DNA of 53,945 nt from an uncultured Methanosarcinales archaeon. Lineage in GTDB: Archaea; Nanobdellota; Nanobdellia; Woesearchaeales; GW2011-AR9. The stretch is taken from assembly GCA_964460195.1 (NCBI GenBank), contig CAYWPJ010000006.1:1-53945 (forward strand). Reading direction: 5' to 3'. Below the pieces are notes generated by a model. The model was given only the letters and a program-made list of their open reading frames with translations, was not told the origin of the DNA and made no database searches. The position numbers were made by a program, and so were the translations under genes. Below are positions 15,384 through 23,852 of this stretch, piece by piece; positions within the stretch are counted from its first letter, which is position 1, and every line of letters begins with the position of its first letter.

Positions 15384-17363
15384 ATGAAAAAAACAGCCAA
15401 GACGAGAACACTGATTTACTTTCTCTTCCTTGCCCTGCTGGCCAGCCCTTCCCTGGCCGACGACAACCCTTACCTTTATGACTCCCTGAAGCTCCAGCTT
15501 GATCTTCAGGGCTCTTTCAACCTGACAGCAGAAAGCGGCTCCTCCCGCACTGAAGAGGTCAACGTTGAGCTGCTGCTCTTCCCGGTAGAGGACTATCGGC
15601 AGGAAATCACCGGGCTGAATCATCGGGGGGAAAAAAGAAACCAGTCAATCTTCTTCCGTTGGGAAGAGCCCGGCTTCGGAAAGAAAGAATTCGGCTACAC
15701 CGCCCTGGTTTGGACAAATGACCGCCGGAAAGAAGTCAAGGAAAAAATCCCTTTCCCTCTGGAAAATGTCACGGGATATGAAGAATACCTCCGGCCGACG
15801 GAAACCATTGACTCCGACCATAAGAAAATCATTGCCCGGGCCAGCGAACTGGCGGAAGGCGAGGAAGACTTATTCAAGGTTGTCTTTATCATTGCCGACT
15901 GGGTCGAAAGAAACGTCGACTATGACCTGAGCACCCTGACGGTCGGCACGTCGCAGAAAGCCAGTTGGGTGCTGGAAAATCGGCAGGGCGCCTGCGACGA
16001 GATGACTTCCCTCTTCGTCGCCATGGTTCGCTCGCTAGGCATCCCCACCCGGTTCGTTTCCGGAGTCAGCTTCAGCACTTCCGACCTCTTTACCCGGCCC
16101 TGGCAGCCCCACGGCTGGGCGGAAGTCTTTTTCCCGGGAGTCGGCTGGGTCAGTTTTGACATCACCTTCGGAGAATACGGCTACGTCGACGTCACCCACA
16201 TCAAACTGCGGCACGGTTTTGACCCGCAGGAAGCCGCTACCCGGTATGAATGGATCGCCAACAGGGTCAGCCTGCAGGCCGGGGAGCTGGAATTAACGAC
16301 GGAAATCAAAAGTTTTGGCTCCCTTCAGGCGGGCGAAATCGCCTTAGAGATGGAGCTCCTGGCTGAAGAGACCGACTTCGGCAGCTACAACCTGGTCAAG
16401 GGAACACTCCGGAACCTGAAAGATTATTATGCTGCGGTAACCCTGCAGCTGGCCGCCCCATCGGAAATGGAGATTCAGGGAAGAAACAAAAGGACCATTC
16501 TCCTTTCGCCGGGGGAAACCAGGGAAACGTACTGGATCATCAAGGTCAGCGGGGGCCTCAATCCAAAATACAATTACCGCTTCCCCCTGATTTTGTATTC
16601 GGAAAAGAACGTCAGCGTCAGCGCTTCTTTCCATACCCAGGAAGGCAGGATGTTCTATTCTGAGGAGGAAATCGAGGAACTGGTGGTCCATGATGAAGAG
16701 AAAATCTATTCCCGGAAAATCAATTTTGACTGCGATTACCGGGAGGAAATAAGAATAGGAGAAGAAATGCAAATCAGTTGCCAAGTTCATAATGCCGGGA
16801 ATGCCAACTTACGGGAGATTAATTTCTGCCTTAAAGGGGTCTGTGAACTGATCGACCTGCCGATAAACCAGAAAGAAAGCCTCTCGGTCATGGTTCGCGG
16901 CGGGCAGCCCGGCTGGGAGAAGGCCGTCGTCAGCGCCGAGAATGAGCAGATTGAGAAAAAGACCGCTCTGAATTATGCCGTGCTGGATGAGCCGCAGGTG
17001 GAAATGACTGTCGATTTCCCCGAAGAGCTGAATCTGGGGCAGACTGCCGAGGGGGAAATAAAATTAAGGAAAAGCTCCTTCTCCATCCCGCAGAATGTCC
17101 GGCTGAAAGTTTCCTGGCTGGGCACGGAGAATTTCCTGGAGATGGATGCTTTGAACACGGAACAGGTTTTCACCCTTGACCTGCCTGCCCAGCGCCTGAG
17201 TTGGAAGAACAAGGTTAAAGTAGAGGTTTCCTGGGAAGATGGGGAAGGAAAGGCCTATTCTGAGGAAAAGGAATTGCTTATCCAAGGGAGAGCGCGGTCT
17301 TCAGGAGAGAAAATAAGGTTTTCCCTGAATGTGCTGCTGAAGGCTTTTGATTTGCTTTATTGA
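15384..17363 (+). CDS. Secreted transglutaminase-like domain protein
   Basis: Signal peptide MKKTAKTRTLIYFLFLALLASPSLA. Transglutaminase core is QGACDEMTSLFVAMVRSLGIPTR .. HGWAEVF .. GWVSFD (Cys-His-Asp). A long C-terminal beta-rich region follows. Confidence 0.8.
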   Translation: MKKTAKTRTLIYFLFLALLASPSLADDNPYLYDSLKLQLDLQGSFNLTAESGSSRTEEVNVELLLFPVEDYRQEITGLNHRGEKRNQSIFFRWEEPGFGKKEFGYTALVWTNDRRKEVKEKIPFPLENVTGYEEYLRPTETIDSDHKKIIARASELAEGEEDLFKVVFIIADWVERNVDYDLSTLTVGTSQKASWVLENRQGACDEMTSLFVAMVRSLGIPTRFVSGVSFSTSDLFTRPWQPHGWAEVFFPGVGWVSFDITFGEYGYVDVTHIKLRHGFDPQEAATRYEWIANRVSLQAGELELTTEIKSFGSLQAGEIALEMELLAEETDFGSYNLVKGTLRNLKDYYAAVTLQLAAPSEMEIQGRNKRTILLSPGETRETYWIIKVSGGLNPKYNYRFPLILYSEKNVSVSASFHTQEGRMFYSEEEIEELVVHDEEKIYSRKINFDCDYREEIRIGEEMQISCQVHNAGNANLREINFCLKGVCELIDLPINQKESLSVMVRGGQPGWEKAVVSAENEQIEKKTALNYAVLDEPQVEMTVDFPEELNLGQTAEGEIKLRKSSFSIPQNVRLKVSWLGTENFLEMDALNTEQVFTLDLPAQRLSWKNKVKVEVSWEDGEGKAYSEEKELLIQGRARSSGEKIRFSLNVLLKAFDLLY

Positions 17364-17414
17364 AGATTGTTTGGGCAGGATGAAAATTGTTATTGAAGAT
17401 TATAAAAGAAATTT

Positions 17415-17452
17415 AATCAGTTTAATAAAATTTTAATCCATTTAATAAAATT
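17415..17452. repeat. Tandem 20-nt direct repeat (AATCAGTTTAATAAAATT / AATCCATTTAATAAAATT)
   Basis: Two 18-nt cores, 16/18 identical, are spaced 20 nt apart. A degenerate third unit follows at 17453-17470. They lie within an 850-nt non-coding stretch. Confidence 0.6.
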
Positions 17453-18216
17453 AAACAGTTAATAATAAAAACAAAAATCAAATTTTTGATAAGAAATCAA
17501 ATATAAAAATAAAAAATAAGAAATTTATCTTCGTTTTTTCTTAGCTGCTTTTTTCTTTTTAGCCATGAACATTCACCCCTTTAATTTTTCTAATCGGAAG
17601 GAAGTTCTTTTCCTTTTTAAAGCTTTCTAAAAAGTCTAAATTTTTTTGTTCTTATTTTCGTTTTTACCGACGTGAAAAGAAGAAAGAGGAAAAAAACGGA
17701 AAAATTATTTTTTAACCGCGGCCGTTCTTCTTTTGCCTCGCCCGGAAGCCGGGGGAACTTTGCCCTTCCGTGTTCTCGACGGGAATCATTTAACAACAGC
17801 TTCTCACACGATAGTTTCTCCCTCAATCGTTTCTCGCGTTTTAAGGCATCTAAGGTGTCTTGAAAGGCATTTAATAGGTCTTAAGATCAGTGTGCGCTGG
17901 GAAGTTACTACCGTTAATCATCTCCCGCAGGGGATCATTGGGTGTTCACCACCGTCATCGCGCATTACACTCTTTGGATCATCTCCAGATGATTGATCAG
18001 ATTAATCTTTTGAGACGGATAAAATTAATCTTCTGATGGCCGCTCATCTTCTAATTGTTGATGATCTCCTAAGAGGCAGAGTGGAGCGGTTTATAAAATT
18101 TATGGGTAAAATTTATAAAACAGGGCTATATTTAACCCTAAAAACAAAGCACCTGAGTAAACAGAGAGCAAGAGCAAACCTCTTTCTTGAAGTTCCGGGT
18201 GGAGGAAAGAAAGAAA

Positions 18217-18513
18217 ATGGAAGGAACAGTAAAGTTTTTTAACCGAAAAAAAGGGTTTGGGTTCATCAGCGGAACTGACGGCAAGGACTATTTTGTCCAC
18301 GTCTCAGCCTTACAGGGCGTGACCTTTCTCCGCGACAATGACAAAGTGTCATTCAGCGGCGCGGAAGGGGACCGGGGCCTGAAAGCCGAGAACGTCAAGC
18401 TTCTGCAGAAAGCGTCCGAGCTGGCACCAAGCGAAGGCAACGGAGGCGAAGAAGAAGAGCCTGACGAAGAAGAATCAGACGGCGAAGAACCAGTGGAAGC
18501 AGTGGAAGAATAA
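18217..18513 (+). CDS. Cold-shock domain protein (CspA-like) with acidic C-terminal tail
   Basis: MEGTVKFFNRKKGFGFISGTDGKDYFVHVSAL carries RNP1/RNP2-like motifs. The ATG at 18217 is preceded by GGTGGAGG; the track ORF begins at TTG 18187. The tail is GGEEEEPDEEESDGEEP. Confidence 0.85.
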   Translation: MEGTVKFFNRKKGFGFISGTDGKDYFVHVSALQGVTFLRDNDKVSFSGAEGDRGLKAENVKLLQKASELAPSEGNGGEEEEPDEEESDGEEPVEAVEE

Positions 18514-18617
18514 GCCACGGCAGAAGAAAAGAAAGATGAACCGAGTGTTTTAAATATTTTTTATTTTTTGTTTGATTTTTTTTAGTTTAATATTGTTTTA
18601 TCCCTGTTCTGATAGAT

Positions 18618-19670
18618 TTATTTTAATACTTTCAAATCAAAACAGACCCGGAAAACTCCCGGCGAGAACTGCCCACACCGGACTTTCCTTAAGACCTTGA
18701 CCGGATGCCGGTAACGCCGGCAGAGCCTGCTGAGCTCTTCCGCCCGCTGACTAATCTTTTCTTCCTCGACAAAGTCATAAAAGTGGATTGTCCCTTTCGG
18801 CTTGGCCTTCCTCAGGGCCAGATCGAGGAAAAGCTCGCCGGTCTTGGGCAGGGGCATGACGACGCGGTCAAATCTTATTCTAAGTTTGGGCGCAATCAGG
18901 CGGGCATCGCCTTCATAAATGATGATTTTATCCTGGAAACCGTTCAAAGCGACGTTCTCTAAAGCGTATTGATGAGCCAAGGGATTGATTTCTATCCCGT
19001 AAATTTTTTTCGCCGGCGAATGCCTGGCCAGCACCAAAGGATAAGGCGCAGCTCCGGAGAACATCACCAAGACTTCTTCGCCCTTCTTCACCTGCCTGGC
19101 AATCCTCAGCCTTTCGTTGCCCAGCCGGGCGGAAAAATAGGTTTTCTCCAGGTCCAGCTTGATCCGGACGCCGTTTTCATAGTGGACCGTTTCTTTTGTC
19201 CTTTTCCCGGCGAGGATCTTGACTTTTCTCAGGCGGTAATCGCCTTCATGAATTTCCGCCTTCCTGACGACGGTCTCCACCTGCCGGCTCCGCGCTAGAT
19301 AAGCCTGGGCAATCAGTTTTTCCTTCTTCTTCAATTTATCAGGGATTTCCAAAATCATGATTTTGCCGACGATTTCCTGCGACTTAGGGAGTAACTCCAT
19401 CTCTTTTTCAGTTAATTTGCTCCGGAGAAGCTCCTCAACTGCCATTGGCCTATCCCTTTTCGGGAAAGAGAATTTGGTGTTGATTATCCTGGCCTGAGGG
19501 ACTCGCCGGGGAAGACCCTCCCTTTTCCCGGCTTCAGCCTTTTCGGCGAGAGGGAAATAGATGTAACCAAATTCCTTGACGGGGAGGTAGTCAGGATTAA
19601 TCAGGTGGCGTGCTTTAAGGAATTCTTTGACTTTTTCTGCCTGTTTCAGGTCCGTCTGGGCGGCGAGCAT
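18618..19670 (-). CDS. trm5: tRNA (m1G37) methyltransferase Trm5 / Met-10+ family
   Basis: C-terminal class I MTase with VLVMFSGAAPYPLVLA and IYGIEINPLAHQYALENVALNG. The architecture is typical of Trm5/Taw22. Confidence 0.75.
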   Translation of the reverse strand: MLAAQTDLKQAEKVKEFLKARHLINPDYLPVKEFGYIYFPLAEKAEAGKREGLPRRVPQARIINTKFSFPKRDRPMAVEELLRSKLTEKEMELLPKSQEIVGKIMILEIPDKLKKKEKLIAQAYLARSRQVETVVRKAEIHEGDYRLRKVKILAGKRTKETVHYENGVRIKLDLEKTYFSARLGNERLRIARQVKKGEEVLVMFSGAAPYPLVLARHSPAKKIYGIEINPLAHQYALENVALNGFQDKIIIYEGDARLIAPKLRIRFDRVVMPLPKTGELFLDLALRKAKPKGTIHFYDFVEEEKISQRAEELSRLCRRYRHPVKVLRKVRCGQFSPGVFRVCFDLKVLK

Positions 19671-19691
19671 ACCAAAGAGAATAAGTTTTGA

Positions 19692-20408
19692 TTATATAAA
19701 ATTATCGAGAAAGCTCTTCCCTGATTCGTTATAGCAGAGATCGCCGGCATCTCCTAACCCGGGAACGATATAGGCATTCTCATTTAGTTCATCGTCGATT
19801 GCCGCGGCATATATCCGGCAGTGGGGTATCTTTTTAATGACCTGCTCGATTCCCGGCCTGGCGGCAATGACTGAATTGACGGCTACCTGCCGGGGCCGGC
19901 CATGCTTTTTAGTTAAGAACTGATAAGCTTCAACCAGGCTGGAGCCGCTGGCCAGCATAATGTCGGGGATTAATAAGACTCTTCCCTCAAATGAAGCAAC
20001 CGGAATACTGGCGTACTGCAACTCTATATCGATGCGGCATTCAGCTGGATGGTAAGTTCCTTCTTTCCGTTTAGCGTCGAGAAAAGCCACGGGAGATTCA
20101 CGAAACACTTCCTCTGCTCCGGCCACTAGAGGATTTGCCGCCCGCAGGATGTTGAGAATGATAGGATCTTCTGACCGTAAGGTATGTTTTGCCGTTCCCA
20201 TGGTTGTTTTGACTTCCAGATTAGTTCTTTTAAAATCTTCCCTCTTCTCGGTTTCATAAGCCAGAAAACGGCCGATTTCATAGGCATTATGCCTAAACCG
20301 GTGCCCGTCCTGCTGTATCTTTGCATCACGCATCTCGGCCACTAACCGGCTGATATGGGGGCTATCCGAGACAAGAACCAAGCCTTCGTATCCCTCTACT
20401 TCTTTCAT
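19692..20408 (-). CDS. upp: Uracil phosphoribosyltransferase
   Basis: PRPP loop LLIPDIMLASGSS and C-terminal YIVPGLGDAGDLCYN. The ATG is at 20408; the track start at 20420 is TTG. Confidence 0.85.
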   Translation of the reverse strand: MKEVEGYEGLVLVSDSPHISRLVAEMRDAKIQQDGHRFRHNAYEIGRFLAYETEKREDFKRTNLEVKTTMGTAKHTLRSEDPIILNILRAANPLVAGAEEVFRESPVAFLDAKRKEGTYHPAECRIDIELQYASIPVASFEGRVLLIPDIMLASGSSLVEAYQFLTKKHGRPRQVAVNSVIAARPGIEQVIKKIPHCRIYAAAIDDELNENAYIVPGLGDAGDLCYNESGKSFLDNFI

Positions 20409-20703
20409 TAAAAATATCAAGAGACGGTGAGATTATAAATAGATTATTGTATTCAAATAGCCATTTTCTAGAGGGATGTAAATTAAGATGTCATCAAAAG
20501 AGTTTTGGGGGAATATCGATAAATGTGGTGATAATGTTATGGGAAATTGCGCCGGGTCTAAAACCCCACCCTTCAGATTACTAGCCTGCATGAACACGAA
20601 GCAAACTCAAAAACAGCTCTCCATTTATAAATATTAAATTTATCATTTGCCTCTTTTATGTCATTTGTAAGAATCACTTAAAAGTGGTAAGCCAACCAAA
20701 AAA

Positions 20704-20711
20704 TTTATAAA
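20704..20711 (+). promoter_or_regulatory. TATA box (TTTATAAA) for ORF 20756
   Basis: Lies 45 nt upstream of the ATG. GGAG sits 11 nt upstream of the ATG. Confidence 0.45.
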
Positions 20712-20755
20712 TCACCCCCTCTTTTAACTCCAAAATAAGCTCACGGAGACTTAGA

Positions 20756-21454
20756 ATGACTATTGAAAGCGTTGTTGGTTCATTGCAGGAAACATACAAA
20801 TTACTTCGTCCAGAAACTATACTTCACGTTGATCAATTAACGACAGAACGACGAACAAACCACGAATTACGTTCACAGTGGTTTCACACTGCCGATGGCG
20901 AAGTCTATTTTCTTCAAGGTGAAAAGAAAACCCCTACCTTAGCAATGACACGAGGTGCAAATAATCCCTTATTTCAGGATTCTACTATTGATACTTATTG
21001 TGAGCAGTTGCGGCGTGATGGAAACTATCATCCTTCTGCTGAAGAAACGCAGCGAGCATTGAAAGCATCAGATACGGTTTTGATTGATCTCACGGAATTA
21101 AAATTATCCGGAGACGAAACTGAATGGAGACACCTTGCTCTCGATCCTCGGGAATGGGAGAAACTAAACACAGAACAGCAAAAGTTAGCGCAGCGAGTCT
21201 ATGGTCCGGCGGCAGAATTCGCTGCCAATATGAAAATGCTTGCCGATGCAGGAATTTCAGAAACTAAAATTTTTGTGTTAAATCCTGAATATGTTCGAGA
21301 ACATGCACAACAAGGTGCGTTGGGGCGGGCGTCGTGGCTGGGTAGTTTCCACGACAACTCTGACTTCAGTGCCAATGTTCGCAACGTAGATAGTCGCGGC
21401 CGTGCGCGTGGGGTACGTCGTGAGTCGTTATCTCCCTTGTTACCAAATCAATGA
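20756..21454 (+). CDS. Hypothetical protein (AT-rich island ORFan)
   Basis: 232-aa ORF with its own TATA and SD. No motif recognised. Confidence 0.5.
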   Translation: MTIESVVGSLQETYKLLRPETILHVDQLTTERRTNHELRSQWFHTADGEVYFLQGEKKTPTLAMTRGANNPLFQDSTIDTYCEQLRRDGNYHPSAEETQRALKASDTVLIDLTELKLSGDETEWRHLALDPREWEKLNTEQQKLAQRVYGPAAEFAANMKMLADAGISETKIFVLNPEYVREHAQQGALGRASWLGSFHDNSDFSANVRNVDSRGRARGVRRESLSPLLPNQ

Positions 21455-21543
21455 GTTTTCTCCTTATGATTTATATCTGTAAGCATTAAATCAAATATTT
21501 CGCAGCTTTCATCACATTTCTTCCCGTATTGGAATTGGCAACA

Positions 21544-22581
21544 CTAAAAAAAATTACCTAACCCTTTCTGCTTCAGCTTGCCTTGTTCAGACTTTAATCT
21601 CTCCAATTTACCCCTCACTCTCTCTTCACTGAAATCATGTTTTCTCACCAATAGCTCAATCAGCTCTTCTTCATCAATCTTTTTCCATTCTAAAGAATAA
21701 TCATCAGTCACCGGCATATTTTTAACAGTATTAAATATTTTTTTCCAATCCAGCTCAGGATAATGTTCTTTCCACTTAACGGCGTCAAAAACAGCCTCAA
21801 ATTCTTTTCCCTGCTTTTTTACTAATTTCAAGGCTGTCTTCGGCCCGATTCCCTTGACCCCGCCGGGATTGTAATCCGTGCCGACCAAGATGGCCAAAAC
21901 AATCAGCTGGTCTAAATTTAACTCAAGATGGCTCAATACTTCCTTCAAAGAGATCATCTCTGGCTTGACTGTCTGGAAAGCCAGCCGGCCCGCTCTCTTT
22001 CTTTTCCCGGTGATGGAAAGGTTCCTGATTAGGAGGGGGCAGCCAAAAATCAGGTTGTCGTAATCCTGGGAGAGGGAAGCATAAGCGTCCTTCTTCTTGG
22101 CCATGTAAGCCGCCTGCGCCTCCCCTTCGGAAGGGGCCTGGACGATGGGCAGGCCTAGGGCAGCAATCACTTTCTGGGCGTCCGCCAGCATCTCTTTAGT
22201 CAGGACGGCCGTCCGGGAAGCAAATTTTTTCATTCCTTCAATGTCGCCGGCTTTCTCTGCTTCTTTTAATTTCAGGAGCGCTTCCTTCTTGACCGCCGTC
22301 CTTTTCTCCCAGGTCTTCAGTTTAATCTCCGGCGGTTTGCCGTCGAAGACAAAGACTAATTTCAGGCCCTGCTCCATCAGGGCAGTGGTTCGGTTGAAGA
22401 GTCCGATCAGATGGGAAGTGATGTTGCCGTGCCGGTCAGTCAGGGCTGAACCGTCGGCGCCCCGAATGGTCGTCAGGAACTGGTAAAGGTAATTGTAGGC
22501 ATCGACGGCCAGCACTTTACCTTTAAGATCCTTTATTTCAATTTCCCGTTTGACCACCAGGTCTTTGAATTGAAGGCCCAT
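21544..22581 (-). CDS. fen: Flap endonuclease 1
   Basis: MGLQFKDLV.., AVDAYNYLYQFL, VFVFDGKPP, and H3TH LVGTDYNPGGVKGIGPKTA. C-terminal PIP-like motif is KQKGLGNFF. Confidence 0.92.
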   Translation of the reverse strand: MGLQFKDLVVKREIEIKDLKGKVLAVDAYNYLYQFLTTIRGADGSALTDRHGNITSHLIGLFNRTTALMEQGLKLVFVFDGKPPEIKLKTWEKRTAVKKEALLKLKEAEKAGDIEGMKKFASRTAVLTKEMLADAQKVIAALGLPIVQAPSEGEAQAAYMAKKKDAYASLSQDYDNLIFGCPLLIRNLSITGKRKRAGRLAFQTVKPEMISLKEVLSHLELNLDQLIVLAILVGTDYNPGGVKGIGPKTALKLVKKQGKEFEAVFDAVKWKEHYPELDWKKIFNTVKNMPVTDDYSLEWKKIDEEELIELLVRKHDFSEERVRGKLERLKSEQGKLKQKGLGNFF

Positions 22582-22582
22582 T

Positions 22583-23605
22583 TTATTCCACTTTCCGGAC
22601 TACGGTATTTTCAAAGGCGCCCGATTCCAGCATCTCTTCGGCTTTCTTGCCCAGCTCCTGGGTATACAAAAACAATAAGGGCAGCTTTTTCACCTGGGCT
22701 TCCATGTAAGCTGAGGAGAGGTCCTTCTCGTCGCACCTTTTCTTCTGCTTGGCCTTGCAGAAATAAGTCATTCGGCCGACTGCCGTCGGAACTTTTAAGA
22801 TAAAATTCATCTCGGCATTCTTCCGGAGGGTCTCCTTCTGCTCGATGTTTATCTTCAGCCGGCTGAAGAGGGCTTCAATCTGAGGGAAAAACTCATCGGT
22901 TTTCTTTTTCCGGGCGACTTTCTCCCTGACTTTCTGTAAGAAAAATCTTTTCTCCCATTTAACCGGCTCTTCTTTGGCAATCTCCTCTTTTTTTGTTTCT
23001 TCCCTTCGGACCTCCTCCTGAGCTCTCTCTTCCTCGATTTTTTCCGCCACCGCAGAACTGGGCGATGGGAGAACGGCTTTGGCCGATTCTTCCGCTGCCT
23101 GGGCCGGCAGCCGGGAAGCCGGCCTGAGCGGCTCCTCGGCCGGCAAAACCTGCTGCATGATTATTTCATTGGTTTCCTTTTCCGGCAGGAGATGCCATTT
23201 CCAGAAAAGCTCTTTCGTCCCGTTGGCAGTAACGTGCAGGGGGACAGCAAAATCTTTCAGGGAGCGCAGGGAAACCTTGGTCAGCAGGTCAGCCTGGGCT
23301 TCCCGCAGGACTTTCTTCTCTTTGAGCGTCTGCAGGACCTGCAGATCTTTCGGGTTAAGGTTGCCGGCGGCGAACTGGTAGAGCCTTTCCTTCTGCGGCG
23401 GCAGGTAATATAAAGGCGAACCGCCGACTTTCAGGCAGGAAACCCTGACCTTTCCCTGGGAGACTAAATCAGAAAGAAGGGCGGAAGCCAGGAGAATATT
23501 GCTGCCGATGGCTTTAGCGACTTTAACGGGCAGGGAAGGGCCGTTCGACTGGAGAAAGCTGATGATTTTATCCATAACATTAATCTTGTTCGGAGCGTCC
23601 ATCAA
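22583..23605 (-). CDS. Hypothetical protein with N-terminal winged-helix-like domain and Lys/Glu-rich linker
   Basis: ISFLQSNGPSLPVKVAKAIGSNILLASALLSDLVSQGKV looks like a wHTH. The C-terminal domain is unassigned. The stop lies 1 nt from the fen start, so the two are probably co-transcribed. Confidence 0.45.
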   Translation of the reverse strand: MMDAPNKINVMDKIISFLQSNGPSLPVKVAKAIGSNILLASALLSDLVSQGKVRVSCLKVGGSPLYYLPPQKERLYQFAAGNLNPKDLQVLQTLKEKKVLREAQADLLTKVSLRSLKDFAVPLHVTANGTKELFWKWHLLPEKETNEIIMQQVLPAEEPLRPASRLPAQAAEESAKAVLPSPSSAVAEKIEEERAQEEVRREETKKEEIAKEEPVKWEKRFFLQKVREKVARKKKTDEFFPQIEALFSRLKINIEQKETLRKNAEMNFILKVPTAVGRMTYFCKAKQKKRCDEKDLSSAYMEAQVKKLPLLFLYTQELGKKAEEMLESGAFENTVVRKVE

Positions 23606-23694
23606 AGCACAGGAGAGGGAGAAGTTTAAATAATTTGTGGGTGGGGGGCACAGTCAAGTTAACAATTGACTCTCCTCCACTTTATGTGAAGGTC

Positions 23695-23712
23695 GGAGCA
23701 TCAGCGACGAAG
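23695..23712. repeat. Partial copy C of the 24-nt motif (GGAGCATCAGCGACGAAG)
   Basis: Matches GGAGCAT-AGCGACGAAG of 41435..41451 with one inserted C. Confidence 0.55.
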
Positions 23713-23780
23713 TTTTTTGCCACCGGATGTAGAGATTGACACCGTAGCATTAGGTTGAGTTAAGTTTTTCGTTAGTAAGG

Positions 23781-23794
23781 CGAGGAGGGGCGTT
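23781..23794. repeat. Inverted-repeat arm (promoter-distal) of the two-gene cassette
   Basis: CGAGGAGGGGCGTT. Its partner at 25723..25737 is the reverse complement with one extra G/C. Confidence 0.65.
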
Positions 23795-23852
23795 GAAAGT
23801 GGTAGTAATCTTTTTAAGGTGGGGCGTGCTTTTCTATTGAAAAGAGGCTGAA

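Noticed and set aside
17525-17566. 13-codon ORF MAKKKKAAKKKRR considered as ribosomal protein L41e
   Set aside because: It is basic and preceded by a Shine-Dalgarno-like sequence, but it is half the length of eL41 and shows no alignable similarity. It is kept only as a curiosity inside the non-coding-region finding.
17364-17620. AT-rich iteron-like repeats considered as a replication origin
   Set aside because: No Orc1/Cdc6 gene is adjacent and no ORB-like G-string elements were recognised. Two and a half AT-rich repeats are insufficient evidence.
17700-18010. GC-richer structured segment considered as SRP RNA, RNase P RNA or a C/D box sRNA
   Set aside because: CCCGGAAGCCGGG only superficially resembles the SRP GGAA loop. 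TGATGA (near 18057) has no properly spaced CTGA D box. No call is possible by eye, so it is reported only as part of the non-coding-region finding.
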